DNA of 60,000 nt from Lytechinus pictus (taxonomy: Eukaryota): contig NC_087251.1 in assembly GCF_037042905.1 (NCBI RefSeq), forward strand, positions 37,822,001 to 37,882,000, read 5' to 3'. A model generated the notes under the pieces. It was not told where the DNA came from, ran no database searches, and worked only from the letters and a program-made list of their open reading frames with translations. Positions 25,555 through 39,190 of this stretch are shown piece by piece. The position numbers and the translations under genes are program-made. Every line of letters begins with the position of its first letter. Within the stretch, counting starts at the first letter, position 1.

Positions 25555-26293
25555 CTAGTTCACAAAGAAATGAGAACAAATAAATAATAAATCTTGCAAA
25601 TCAAATATATCATAGCTGCATCACATTAGCTCGATTAAAATAAACTAAAGCATGATTCAAACTTTTTTTTTAAAACAGAGCTAATGGATGAAATGCTTTA
25701 AAATGAAATATTGCAATCAGTAAATCTAAACATTATTCACTGTCTTTTGGATTGAATACATTGAATAATCAGAGTCATTAATATTTCATAAACATAAATC
25801 TTAATGGACAGAGAGAGAGAGAGAGCATAAGCTGTCACCTTACACAACCATTCAACAATATATCACCTTTATTTCATAATGGAATAGAGAAGGTGAAATT
25901 CCCCAAGGTTCTTTGCCAGAGATAGTAAAAGGCAGTGTCATATGGTACAAATATTTCAGAAAACACACAGAGTGATAATTACAAGCAATTCAACAAATTT
26001 TGAATTATGGTACACAAATAAATTAATATACTCAGAGATGTTTGATTTAATGGAATAGCATATATACAAGGGAAAGTGAAACACAATTTAAGACAAATGG
26101 TCTTAAATTCATTGGACCCAAATATAGAGAATATAATGACATGAGGTTCAGAGTGGCACTCTAATTCACACGAGAGCAGCACGCTGGCGATTTACAGTGT
26201 ACTGCCCTGCCGGTGTAAACTTCAGAAGGTTCAGTACATCATAAGTCCCTCTTGCACAAGCAAGTATGAAGAAAAGCTAGATATATGCCTCAC

Positions 26294-26502
26294 CCATTTG
26301 AGTAGGCAGACATCTCCTGCGGAGGTTGAGTTGATGGAGCAGTCCCCATATGATGCGATGAGGGACCGTGGAAGAAAGGAGCTGGACGGTTCCAATTGGT
26401 GGTTGGTGTGGATGCATCGGGAGGGGGCGTGGTAGAGGAAGGGGGTTGATCTAAGAGGACTTGAGCACGAGGACCCTCTTTCTTCTCAGTCGTTGTGGAC
26501 GG
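26294..26502 (-). CDS. Exon 11 (PSTTTEKKEG...SAYSN), Pro/Thr-rich
   Basis: ttttccag acceptor, GG|GTGAGG donor, phase 0-2. Confidence 0.88.
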
Positions 26503-26975
26503 CTGGAAAAGGATTAGAATATCACAAAATGTCGTCAAAAGATAACATGATGTAGAATAATTTGAAAGTACCTTAACTCAATGGGTTATGTAATTTCATG
26601 CCTTCACATTGTCAATTTGAGTTTGATTAAACCCTTGTTGCAAAATGATCAAATGTGGTATTAAACTTTCTGAAAAATAGATGAAGGGAGAATACATTGA
26701 AGAATACGATTTGAAAAGTAGACAAAGTGAAAATAATTCAAAGTGATAAGACTATAAAAATATAGCCAGTGATTATGAACTGATGTGGTATTACACTATC
26801 TGAGAAGTACCGAATCTCAGGCACAGCGAACAGCGGGTTGTATCTATTAGGAGACCCTCGCGGTCAAGCGGCGCAGACACGGATCAGATTCCACTGAGCA
26901 CAGTGGCTGAACAAATTTGGTCCAGAATACAAACCAACTAGGACAAGACCACAGAGATTTATCATTCAAACTTAA

Positions 26976-27572
26976 AGGTCAAGTCCACCCTAGAAAATGT
27001 TGATTTGAATAAATAGAGAAAAATCAAACAAACATAACGCTGAAAATTTCATCAAAATCGGATGTAAAATAAAAAGGTATTTTTAAGGTTTCCCTTATTT
27101 TTCACAAAACAGTGATATGCACAACTCAGTGACATGCCAATGAGTCAGTCGATGATGTCCATCACTCACTATTTCTTTTGTTTTTTATTGTTTGAATTAT
27201 ACAATATTTCATTTTTTACAGATTTGACAATAAGGACCACCTTGACTGAACCATGTAGTATTAAACAATGCTAATTCCACATGTTCAGGGAGGAATTAAT
27301 CTTTGTTTCCCTTGACAATGAAGAGAAAATTAGAATATTTCATATTTCATGTAATGAAATACAAAAGATATAGTGAGTGGATGACGTTATCAGTGTCCAC
27401 ATTTGCATACCGACCAGGATGTGCATATAACTGTTTTGTGAAATTAAGCGAAACTTTAAAATGTCATAGCTTTCTTATTTTACATCTGATTTTGATGAAA
27501 TTTTCAGTGTTATGCTTGTTGGATTTTTCTCTTTTTATTCAAATCAACTTTTTGTTGGGGTGGACTTGTCCT
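26976..27572. mobile_element. TTAA-target palindromic MITE
   Basis: ttaa-AGGTCAAGTCCACCC ... GGGTGGACTTGTCCT-gtaa; long arms. Confidence 0.85.
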
Positions 27573-27751
27573 GTAAAGAAGTGATATAAAACAAACTTAC
27601 CAGGCATTTCTTGTTGAAAGTATTAATGGGAATTATTCATCCTTGGTTGAACTGGCAATATCAGAAAAAAAGTATTTGCAAGTCCAACCTCAGAGGAACA
27701 ATTCCCCACTATAATTTCTCAAAGCTTGGTATAGTTGTCCAATATACTCAC

Positions 27752-27919
27752 CACATAACCTGAGATGTATCTATCCCAATCCTTGGGGTAGTCAAACTTA
27801 TCAGGATCCTCCAACATGGCTTGAAGGTTAGCCTCCTCATCAATAGCCTCATCTTCATCGGTGACATCACGGAAGTTTGGTGGAGGTAGCTCCAACAGCT
27901 CACCATCATCAAACTGAGG
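27752..27919 (-). CDS. Exon 10 (PQFDDGELLELPPPNF...DWDRYISGYV), acidic
   Basis: gttag acceptor, GTG|GTGAGT donor, 168 nt, phase 0-0. Confidence 0.88.
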
Positions 27920-27949
27920 CTAACATCAAAGGGATATTACAAATTGAAT

Positions 27950-30900
27950 ATATGTGACTCGACACACCGAAATGAGAGACAAGTCGGAATGTTCCAAATC
28001 CAATTTTTTAGTGATTATTATTCCCCGTTTCTTTACCTTTAATTTGATATATCACTCGACCCTTAAAAGTAAATATTAGTAGAGATATTAGCCTTAGAAT
28101 GCAAGAAGAATTGGGCTCTTGAAAATAAAAATCAAGAGAAAAACGTCTTCGAAGTTTGACTTCCGTTTTGACCCTGCTCCATGAATAAATCTATTTTGCC
28201 ACCGCCGAGCTAACCGAAATGCCCTAGTAACCGCTTGCCAAAAAAGGCGAAACGATTAACCAATGAGGAGGCTGCTTTGAGAACAATAGTCAACTTGCAA
28301 GTCACGCGCGACTGCAAGACGAAACAACGTTTCATGTCAATCAATTATCTTCTACACATCAGTGGTTAAACCGGGGTTTCATAATAATCTTCGTGAAAGA
28401 AAAAGAATGCCATGATATAAAAGGTTGGACCTAAAACCACGGAGGGAGTGTTCCAATTGTGCCATCGGCTTGTTTGAATGTCGATGGCGTTTACTCTCAC
28501 CCGGACTCTTGACATGTAATCTATCAAGCGAGTCATTATGACCTGAACTTTAACCGCATGTAAAAAAAAAAAATATCCCTTGTAAAAATAATGGTAAGAT
28601 GGGCCTTCAAAATAATTTGTACCTCACCTTTACTAATGGCTTGTGTGCTCATGTTTTATTAATGCTTATATTAGATTGAGACAGTGAGAACAAAAACGCG
28701 AATGATTTGTTCAATATCGTCTATTACCGATCATTTGGGGGGGGGGTATAATTTACAGCATTGGAATGATTTGAAATTAGTACAAAATACATTAAGGTAT
28801 ATTAATGAAAAAAGGCAATAGAAAAAGGTTTATAATGATTCTAAAAGTGGTGCAGAAAAAAAACCTTGACATAAACGTCTTAATTCTACAACAAAAAGTT
28901 CGAGGAGGTACCCTGAGTAAAGTCCCGTTATAATTATTTCCAACAGAGGATAGATTAGGGGAGATACGCTTTTTATTTTTTTAAACAAACAAGTGCACAC
29001 CTAGTTACAAATAATGCGTAAAGCATTTCCATTTATCTGAATGAAGGATATAAGAGCAAAGGTGTCGTAGCCGCGGGGATCAATCCCGGACTCTCCATGT
29101 ATAGCCAGGCACCTTAGAAAACTCGGCCACGGCACCTTCAACATGAATGCTGATTCGGATCGATATCAAGCACAACCAATATTTTATTCTAACACAGTAA
29201 CAGATAAAGAATTAGAACATGCAAATGCCTTGTGCAACAAGTCTTTGTAAGATTGAATGATTAAATTTGGAGGAGAGAGAACCCCCCTAAAAAGAGAAAA
29301 AAACATAATAATAATAAATTCAAAATAAAAAAATAAAACGAAATAAAAGCCCGGTTGTGTTTATAGTTCTCTGTTTTTTTCTTGTCCGTTTTCTTAATTT
29401 TCCAATAGAACTAGCTTTGACTCATTCCATTCTACCTTAATTTCCCGCTGTTGTTTGCTATTTTGTCATCTTTGTTGTTTTATTTCCCTTTCTTACTAAT
29501 CACGCTAGCATAGTATTTTGGAATGATTTGTTCTTTCTCACATGTTCTTCTTTCATTCCTTTCCCGCTTTCCTTCCGTTTTCCCTTTGTATGTTTTTCTT
29601 ACTTTTTCATAGGCGGATCCAGCACTGATAACAGTGCGAGAACTGATTAAAAAGCTACAATAATCCGTCTATAAATGCAGTCTCGACTTTCGACATCGCA
29701 CTGAACACGCCATTTCTGAGTTGATGATCGACACTTCACACGTTTTGAAATAACAAAAGCCCGGACGTTGCGAGTAACAAAACCTAGACTACGGTAGACC
29801 CGGCGGTCGCCCAACGAGCGCCGGCGCGGTTTCGTATTAACAATTGATCATTAGCCTTTGTGTTACGGGGTCCTGGCCGCCCAAACTACGATGGATTGTG
29901 AGCTTTAGATAATAATGATAATTTTCCAAAGTTACAAAGCGCTGATCTCCTTTGTTTGAACAGTTCTTGTGCTTGGCTTTCATTTTGCCATTATTACGTT
30001 ATCACCAATCTTGACCAACCTTATAACTCAGATTTCGCATCCCGTTTGACGGTTAGTAACTCTTTGATAAATATAATTAAAAGACAATTATTAAAATCTC
30101 TTTGAAGCACGGGTGGGAATGAAAGGGAAGGGGGAGCCTAGGTTTTCATTTCTCTGCCACGGCCCGTTAATTGCTTTTAATTTTATATAGATTAAAAATT
30201 ATAATCACAAGCCCTTTAAAGCACTTTACTTCATGGGCGCGGTGGAGCGAATTTGAAGGGGGGCACTGGGAAAAATGGCACCTTCTCGTTAAAAAAGAAA
30301 GACTAATCTACAGTAGTGTGGTGAGCGAAAAATTTTGAATTGGCTGCAGTATCGAAGCTTCGAGCGAGCAAAAATGAACATTTTTATAACGAAAATCCAA
30401 TTTTGTGTTAGATTTTGACAAAAATTATAGGCCTATTCAGAAATAATATCATTATCGACATAGAAAAAAGAGAAGATCGAAAGGGAACAAGAACGGCAAA
30501 CAAAAGAGGAATTAACGAATTAGAATTAAAGAAGTGAAAGGGGTTGAGGAAGAACAAGAGGGAGATTTAGAAAGAAGAGACCGAATGGCCTGAATGAGAA
30601 GAGCGAACGAAAAGGGGGAGAAGGGAAGAAAGGAAGAAATAAAACACAAGAAAGACGAAAGAAGAACTGAAGGTAAGAGAATAACCGAGAGGGAAAGAGA
30701 GAATAGATCTGGACAAAGTTGAAGGGGACAACATGACAATGTCTTGTAGGTTAATGTTAATTTCAATAGGTGTATTTTAAATGACTAATATTTTCAATCA
30801 ATATCGTAAGACCCGTATACCATTATCAAAAAATAAAAAATGCAGGCCTACTGCATGGTCCTTTCGGGCCATATTTCATTGGTCAAAGTCAGGGGCGGTT

Positions 30901-31910
30901 CCAGGATTTTCCAAAAAAAGGTTTTCAACCATAAATTAAGGATATTTCGTACCCGCCAAAAAATTGACAAGCAAAAAAAAGAATAGGTCTTCAATTTCAA
31001 AAGGGGGGTACATCCCGGGGTATATCTCGGCTTCAATGGCATTTTTACATTACAAATTTTTAATTTTTCTTCTCAAGGGGGGGACGTCCCCCCCTGGATC
31101 CGCGCCTTGTCGAAGTTGATAATTATTCTACTGTCTCTGACTTCCTGTTATTTCTGACAATTATTTCTTTCTCTATCGTTCATTCAAACATTATAAAAAT
31201 TGAAGGCAAAAATAATTGGAAATAATGAAGCCCACCAAGCTTTCATGATAAACTTTTTTTCTTTTGTTAATGATACTGCAGATCCATTAACCCACATTCG
31301 CGAACATACAATACTTTTATGGATTTTAAACCATTTCTTTTGAAAATAAAGTTTTCTCTTCGAAACATCCCGATCACTTGCAAATAATAAAGAGAATCTT
31401 CAACATGTCCATGTTATGTTTCATGAAATAAATCCGGGGTATTTGAGGAGATTACCACATGGGAAGTGTGACCTTCCCACGAACCCAGGCACTGGAACCG
31501 TTGGAATTTGCCATTGTGTGGTATTTTTGACCAATCAGAGTGCAGTATACTTGTTTTCAAGCTGCTTTATGTACTTGGCAAATGAAAAGTGTGATCTTGA
31601 CCCGATTAAACCAATTCTTAATTTGAAACCTATATCATTTCAAAGCATACATATTCAGCTTTATCATGATATAAAAATCATTTGGGCTCAAACAAAAATA
31701 AAGTGTGAAAATAGCAGCTTTTGTCAGGTGAAAATATTTATTTTGTAGCATATTTTAGATCAAAATTTTAACCTATATTACAAAATCTTTGAATAAATCC
31801 AAACACATGACCTGAAAGAATGATTCTTCTTCTTTACAATGGTACCAAATTCATGAAATTCGATGCATAATTAGAGCAGCAATGACCGAATGAAAAGAGG
31901 TGTTTTGGTC
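27950..31910. mobile_element. Composite, CpG-richer transposon-derived block (boundaries approximate)
   Basis: TIR-like left end tgtgactcgacacaccgaaatgag without a found partner; contains a SINE, ggcggatcc-type MITEs (29608, 30892-31107) and purine/pyrimidine tracts. Confidence 0.4.
28976..29139 (-). mobile_element. tRNA-derived SINE, same family as 13431
   Basis: Reverse complement aligns to 13431-13622 with an internal deletion. Confidence 0.88.
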
Positions 31911-32019
31911 CGCATCAAGCTCATTAAATATGCAAAACATCTCAAGTCATGAATATCACTTGGATGAAAGAAGCCACTTTCTTGGGACCTGCAGTCTGAC
32001 TGATCATTGCATATATCAT

Positions 32020-32417
32020 CAAGGTTCCCAGCTTTTCAAGAAAACAAAATTCCCTGATTTTTCCCAGATGAAGTTTAAAAATTCCCTATTCATTATTCAA
32101 TCCCATTCTCAGTTTCACATTTTTTCTAAGCTCTTGCAGTGAATTACATGTATTTTCAGTATAAAATCAATAAGGTAAAACTAATTAGTACCACCATAAC
32201 CAGTCATTAAATGGATGTTGTTTTGATATGCAACAAAATATAACAAAGTCTGAATGACTAGCGTGCTTTCAACTTTTGGGCTGATCAAAATTCCCTGATT
32301 TTTTTCCAAATTTGAGGCATTTTCCCCTGATTTAAGGTATTTTTAAAATCAAATTCCCTGATTTTTCCCTGACTGGAAAAAAGTAAAATAATTTTCCCTG
32401 ATGGGCTGGGAACCCTG
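32020..32417. mobile_element. MITE with ttccctga subterminal repeats (hAT-like CAGGG end)
   Basis: ca(a)ggttcccagc / gctgggaaccctg termini. Confidence 0.75.
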
Positions 32418-33637
32418 TATCAGTGAATATATCATTGAATGCATGACTGATTATATCACTGAATATACGCATTGAATATATAGGTTCAGGGAATTTTGTT
32501 TTCTTGAAAAGCTGGGAACCCTGATGATATATGGAATGATATATTTGATGTATATCAGTATAAGTCTTATCAGTACAAATCCTGAATTTTATATTTTACT
32601 GTCCATAGGGACTGCCTCGACAGAACATTTGCTTTGTTCTTTTGCAGCTTCCCATTTCATGTTCATTTGTATGCATGTACTGTAAATAGCCTTGTACAAT
32701 CTTAGCCTTTTTTAAAAATCTTACTTGCATCTTACTATGTATCTTTGTTTCTTCATGTATTTTGTTATTTTTTATATGCTCAATGTATTTTAATGGACTT
32801 GAATAAATCAATAAATGAAATGAAAAAAATGAGAACCAAGTAGATATGGGAGTACCATTTGGTAAAGCATTTATCCTTAATACAAGTTCTCTCAGAGAGG
32901 ACCTCAAGCTGTTGGTCCTCTGGTTGCTTACTAAAAAGCATTTGTGCTTTCTCAGCCATTACGTAAAATAATAATTACTCGTACTACCCTCTCTTAATAT
33001 ACAATACTGATAGGTTAAAGTAAAGAGTATTGACTACTTAAAAAAAAATCTGGTCTTCCAATGATGAGTACCGCTACCACGCATAGCAGACACAATATGT
33101 TCATGCAACCTAAAAAACATTAGCACTCTATAATAGAGAGCACTCAAGCAGAAAAACAAAAGTGATTGTATCTCTACTATTGTAAAAAGCAATTGGGATT
33201 TACAATGAAACCCATCTCCCCCATAACATCATAATAAAGACTACAGTGGATAGTAGAGATATGATCAATTGAAAGAGAAGTGCTTAATGGGAAGAGTTTA
33301 CGGAGTATGAACTAGTTTTTGTTCTGTTTAATCGATTGGGAGTTGCAACTGATAATTGTGACTGATCAAGAATGATATCACTAATTGGGGCGAGTTACAA
33401 AGAATGGATTCTTTTGTGCTACAGAACTCGCATATAAATGGTACATTCATTTATTAAATGTCTATTGATGATATCAAGATACAGATTTATAGGAGCTTTT
33501 CATGCAACAAACAATCAAGCATTTTCACTAAATTCTGTTATAAGCTTCTGAAATCCTTGCACCTGATTGGTGCAAGGACATATTAGTCAGTGAAGACCAC
33601 TGATTACTTGCTTTGTGAAACACTCCCCTGACATGAA

Positions 33638-33856
33638 GGGGCATTGCAAGAAACTTGCAATCAATTGCAAGTTTAATTTCAGTCCCTAAATCAAGCATAT
33701 GTCTTGATGTTAATTACAAATTTGCAACTGATTGCTAATCTGCTCCCTGAAACAAGGAGTGTAATCTGATTTGCTGCAACTAAAATTGATCAATTAATTG
33801 TAAGATTGCAACAGAATATTTGCAATTGATTGCAAATATTCTGTTGCTACACCCCC
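33638..33856. mobile_element. MITE, same family as 5155-5360
   Basis: ggggcattgcaagaaa ... gttgctacacccc. Confidence 0.7.
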
Positions 33857-33875
33857 TTGGTATGTGTTAACTCAC

Positions 33876-33983
33876 CTGATTGTTTCCATTGATAAGACTA
33901 CCTGGTGTGGGCGAGTCGAGTAAGTTCTTTAATTTTTCCTCGACCGTCATGGATAATGTATCCCTCAGCGGAGATTTGGGGTT
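33876..33983 (-). CDS. Exon 9 (NPKSPLRDTLSMTVEEKLKNLLDSP...NNQ)
   Basis: ttttgtttcatag acceptor, CAG|GTGAGT donor, 108 nt, phase 0-0. Confidence 0.88.
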
Positions 33984-34836
33984 CTATGAAACAAAAGAAC
34001 ATACAAATAACAGAACATAGCATGGGGGATCATAAAAGTATACAACTTTGAATGAAAGTGATGAGTCAGACCTCTATGACTTGTACACTTCGATTTGGTT
34101 GCCCCAAAATCTAATTAGATCATCCTCAATCACATAAATGAGCTAAGTTTGAAATTATTGATTCATTCAATAATATACATGATTCTTTAGTCACAATGAG
34201 AACCTAAACTGGATGCATAGAGAAACCAAAAAATATAATGCCTTTGGTAACCACCTAGATGGGCAAAGGCATAAAAATGTAAATGAACAAATGAAAGTGG
34301 AAAAATTACCTTGTGTGTTAAGCAATTAACCCCTTCTCCTTATTCACAGAATTAACTATGGCCGGTTGGTGTTTCACAGAGCTATTAGTATTCGTAATCA
34401 AGAGCGACTTTACACAGGACCGGGGTAATCCTTATTTGTAGTAAATGATACACACCAGAATTTCATTGGTGTTGATATAGTCCCCAAGAAAGGAACACCA
34501 GTCTTTTGTAAAGTCGCCTGTAAATTACAAAGAGCTTCATGAATTACCCACCAGGTCTATCATTACTGTATGAAATGATAGAATTCTGCAAAATTGAAAC
34601 AATTTAACAAATGAATGCCAAAAAGAGGGCTTTAATTAATCCAGGCCTGTTGATTGGCCTACTTGCCCCTTTTACCAGGAACTTGGGATATTTTGGTGCA
34701 CTTTTACCTCCCAAAATTGCATTTGTGCTGTAATATCAAAATGCACCCTTTGGAAAAGGGGCCTTGCACTAAATAATATTGAAATTTAAGGACTGTGAGA
34801 ACATAAGCAATACTTGTAGATTTGAATAATGCTTAC

Positions 34837-34974
34837 AGCTAATGGGTTCCATGAATCTCCTGCTTTGACTGGTTGGGGTCTGATGGCCCCACGAGGGCTC
34901 TCTTTTGATAGCTGCGTCCGTCTAATCTCAGCTCCATGCTGCAGGACTCCTTTAGATCCCATCTCTGTCATACT
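34837..34974 (-). CDS. Exon 8 (SMTEMGSKG...DSWNPLA)
   Basis: attcag acceptor, GCT|GTAAGC donor, 138 nt, phase 0-0. Confidence 0.85.
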
Positions 34975-36540
34975 CTGAATACATCGATTAAAAATATGAA
35001 AAAAATGAAAGTAATACAATGAATTTAGTGACACTCTACATCGAAAAATATATCATAGCATTTACACATTAGAAATAAACATATCATCAAATTAAAAATA
35101 CTTAAATACTACATCTATGCTGGATACAGATCTGTATTCAGCATAGATATCTATAAGTATCCATAAGATTTCCACTGTTTCTTAATTCTATTTAAAAAAA
35201 AGGTTTATAAGATCTAAGAGAAATGGGAAGTTTATTCAATTATCTTGATGCATTAAATGTAAATGTGCAATCACCTGCTTCACTGCGGGTTACTGGATAA
35301 CTTAAGTCGATAAAGATCTTTACTTAAAGAGTAAAAATATAAAACATAAATACAGTAGGACAAACAAAATGGAATTTGGACTGTATTTCCGAAACTGCTC
35401 GCTTGGGTAAATCAATATAAATAAATAAATAAAAGACTTGAGCAATAACAAGCAAAGTTCCAAATTAGAACAATTAAAATGTCAACTAAATCAGATAGGA
35501 AATTAGGCAGTTCTTGCATAAACAGCTTTTAATTGTTTCATGAAATTGTTCAAATTGCTGTATGATATTGAGTGAGTCAATGACAGCTCACCCTTTCATA
35601 TGTTAATTTATTGAATGAAAGTTTTCCAACTATATCTGTTCAAATAATGTACACTCCCATGTCTATAGGGGTTGTAAACGATGCATGATATAGAAAAAGT
35701 GGTATGTGATTTCTTTAAAAAATACAATGAAGAGCAAACAAACTTGTCACACTATATCTGTGTATTCAATTTAACACTGAAATCATCAGGCTTATACTTT
35801 GATCAAATATGCAGAAAATGGCACTGCATATTAAAAATATCATTGTTTACATGACAATCAACACTGTACATACAAATCATAATTGATATATAGCCACTGT
35901 CAATATAAACAATCAATATTAACGACCAATGTAAACAATAAATACCAATAAACGAAGAGTATATTATGATGGGAAAGTGTCAGAGCATGGGCCAAAATGC
36001 CCTTCATTTTAACCACAATCAGCCAAGGTCATGCATCACATTGGTTTTAAAGTATCAAAATAAATACAATCCAATAAGCCACACAACCCTAAAATTGTCA
36101 CAATTTGGCTTTATGAAATGATATCAAATTTCCCATGGTCACTCATCCTTCAAACTAAGAATGTGTCTAAGAGCAACTGAGTAACCACGCGGATCAATGC
36201 AAACATTCCACTGTGCAACTTTCTCACATTCTGCGGGTGAGGTGCAGTTGTCAGTCAATAAAAATCCATAAATATAATAAGAGTGAATAAATATTTGAAG
36301 CATAGATACCATGACAACGTGATCATTATGCGCAATGACTTGTAACTTGTCTTCATGATCATAAAAATAGTACAAAAAATCATCAATGTAACAAAAATAA
36401 ATAAATATTTGAAGCATGAAAATACTGTATAATCACTGTGCCCAATGATAGACAACTCGTCTCCATAATCAGAATAACAAATTTTTAAAAATAACATAAA
36501 AAATATAATAAGAATCAATTAATATTTGAAGCATAATTAC

Positions 36541-36692
36541 CATGACGGTATGTTCATTGTGTGCTATGGCCGGTAACTCGTCTTCATGGTTGGTAGATCC
36601 CATTAGACCCGGTAAGGCAGGCTCAACATGACCATTAGGAATCAGACGGGGTGTAGTGGTCTGCAACTCAGAGGTACCCTCTGTACCATTCA
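36541..36692 (-). CDS. Exon 7 (MNGTEGTSEL...HNEHTVM)
   Basis: ccctttcag acceptor, ATG|GTAATT donor, phase 1-0. Confidence 0.85.
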
Positions 36693-36724
36693 CTGAAAGG
36701 GAACAAGAGAAGATGGGAATAGAT

Positions 36725-37130
36725 ATGTGGTTCTGTCACTTGACACTTCTAAAGGTTTAGGGTTCAAATCCATGGGAAACTTAATTTCTTAGGCAAGACT
36801 TTAAGGCATGTATGCCATTCTCCCCTCAAGTGTTAAATGGGTACCCAGTAGGATATGAATGTCAATGTGTGTATTAAATGGTTGCATATAGCCAGATGAC
36901 CGTTTCATCAACATTTTTATCCTTGATTCTGATTGGCTTAGAAGCAATGTTACTATGGTAACTGTCGAATAAATCAGGACTTGTCGGATCAAGTCCTTTC
37001 ATGAAACGCTCCCCTGGTGCACTTTATGTAAAGCACAGTGGTGGTTCAAATGACCGGGGTTATATATAAAGTACATGTACTTAGAAACATACTGTAGGTA
37101 TGAAGCGCTACATATATTATTATTACTATG
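36725..37130 (+). mobile_element. Degenerate SINE with a small nested MITE (~36895-37016)
   Basis: ggttcaaatcc B box, aaatgggtacc core, aagcgctacata(tat)n tail; inner cgtttcat...atgaaacg element. Confidence 0.6.
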
Positions 37131-37234
37131 AAGGCTTCTATACACAACTGTTGTCTTTAGTCACATCAACACATCTGAACCAACGGATGGTATGTCTTAA
37201 GACAAGTAATAGCATAATAGCTCTTGTCGGTCTG

Positions 37235-37711
37235 GGCCCCGTGTTACGATTGATCCAATCAATCTCAAGTATATGGAATTCCATCTATGTCATAATTTTT
37301 TTCCACAGGAAATTTGCACATCGTCCATTGTAAACAAAGAGAAGCACACTGATTTTTCAATAAAACAATGATTGCATAAATATTCATCATAATCTAGAAA
37401 ATATTTTTAACAATCAACATATGTCAATTTTAGATGTTGACGTTGCTGGCTTTCCATAGTTGCGATTGATCAGATCAATTGTAACTCTATGGAAATCCAT
37501 CAGTGTCATAATTTTTTTCTACGAAAAACTTGCACATTGTCCTCTGTATGCAAAGAGATGCGCAGTGAATTTTCAAGAAAACAATTAATGCATGAATATA
37601 CATCATAGTTAGAAAATATTTTGAACAGACATGAATAATACATGTTGATGTTGCTGGCCATCCATAGTTGCGATTGATCGGATCATTCGTAACTCTCTGT
37701 AAGACAGGGAC
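37235..37711. mobile_element. CWG-flanked MITE with an internal ~215-bp tandem duplication
   Basis: ctg-ggccccgtgttac ... gtaagacagggac-cag; repeated ccatagttgcgattgatc blocks. Confidence 0.7.
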
Positions 37712-38415
37712 CAGGAGTCGGTTTCATCAGTGTGACTGAGACATTATGATGCATACATAATCAACAACAGCAATGGCTGCTCATATCAAATCTTTAGAAG
37801 ATGTAGAATTCGGCCAATTGTCTGATCTATATGATAATTTGGGTCACTTTAAACAAATTCAGGACAATATTGATTTAACTTAACGGCTAGAGATATCACA
37901 AATCAGTGTTTAACTTGGCACTGAAAATATTTTACAATTAACTACAATAGAATTTACCAAAATTAGCATTAATTATCCAAAGGGCATTAAAATCAATATA
38001 GCTTGTAAAAGAAGCAAAAAATTTATATACCTCACTTACGTATTTGCCTTAGAGCACCGCCCCCCTTAAAGTTTTATTTGCTTCTCTCTCAAGTTCAATC
38101 CACTTGATCTGCTTAACAAGTTAACAATATTGACTTCACATCTGAAAAGCTCACATGTGTGACCCTACTTTTCCTCTTTTTTTTTCTTTTAGTATCTCTC
38201 ATCACTTGCAAAATGACCGCTTCTGAAAGAGCTAATATTGACACAGATTGAATTTAGTACTACCACAGCAGATACCGGTTTAAAGTGTATAGACTTTAGC
38301 CCATAATGTCAACCTCATCTGTAGAATATGAATACATGCAGCAGGTTTGTTTCTCCTAAACCTAAACCAAATGGATCTAAGGTAACAACAGTAGTTAAGG
38401 AACAAACATACTCAC

Positions 38416-38467
38416 TTGTGTAATCTCCACTCTTTCTTCCAAAACTAGTTTCAGACTGAACAGATAT
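38416..38467 (-). CDS. Exon 6 (ISVQSETSFGRKSGDYT)
   Basis: tttctttcacag acceptor, A|GTGAGT donor, phase 0-1, needed to keep the frame. Confidence 0.85.
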
Positions 38468-38786
38468 CTGTGAAAGAAATAATTCAAAACTTACTTATTT
38501 TTTGAAAAGCAAACAAAATGGTTGGCAATTTTCTTTCCACGTTAATCTTATAGATATATGCATTGATCGCTAATCTGTTTCATTTTTTTTTAACTAGGAG
38601 TGTATACTGATTTACTGGAACTAAAACTGAATCTATCAATTGTAAAATTGCAATAGAAATTAGAAATTAAATATACAACATCCCCTATTCTGAATCATAA
38701 TTCACCCTCCTTTGTAACAGACCAAATACCAACACCTTGCACTAAGAAAATGAAATGAAAGTAATATATTTCACAGTCCTACATAC

Positions 38787-38921
38787 CTGGCTAAGAGTAC
38801 TTGGATCTCTCCCCTGTAATGATATCCTTTCTTCATTCTGTGAGATGCTATCTGGTACCGGTCCTCGCGGCGTGGACGGTGCACTGTCTTGCTTCTGACT
38901 ACCGGTGCTCACGGTGGTACT
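38787..38921 (-). CDS. Exon 5 (STTVSTGSQK...PSTLSQ)
   Basis: gacag acceptor, CAG|GTATGT donor, 135 nt, phase 0-0, open frame. Confidence 0.85.
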
Positions 38922-38970
38922 CTGTCAAGGTTCAAGCCATACTACTTAATAAAGGACTGAATCACTTATT

Positions 38971-39190
38971 ACCAGTGTGTTGGCTCAGTTGGTAGAGTGT
39001 CTGTCTCACAACCAGAAGGTCATGAGTTCAAGCCTGTTAAAACCCTGGCCGCGTCAGACCAAACAATGTTAAAATATGGGAGTTGCTGCTATCCTGTTTG
39101 GCATTCAATGGTTTAAGGGATAGAGCAATGTCGATCAGGCACTGCTCAGTGGCTGCCAGGCCTACGATCAATTGGGCAAAAATAATTTTC
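38971..39190 (+). mobile_element. tRNA-derived SINE (third family)
   Basis: TGGCTCAGTTGGTAGAG A box, GAGTTCAAG B box, non-tRNA body. Confidence 0.8.

Noticed and set aside
26160..26250. Alternative terminal exon or snoRNA after exon 11
   Set aside because: The implied intron is only ~43 nt with an AAG acceptor; no canonical C/D boxes with a terminal stem
27601..27651. Extra cassette exon with a strong CTG|GTAAGT donor (a similar orphan donor is near 38038)
   Set aside because: Weak acceptor and an in-frame stop; not needed for the reading frame
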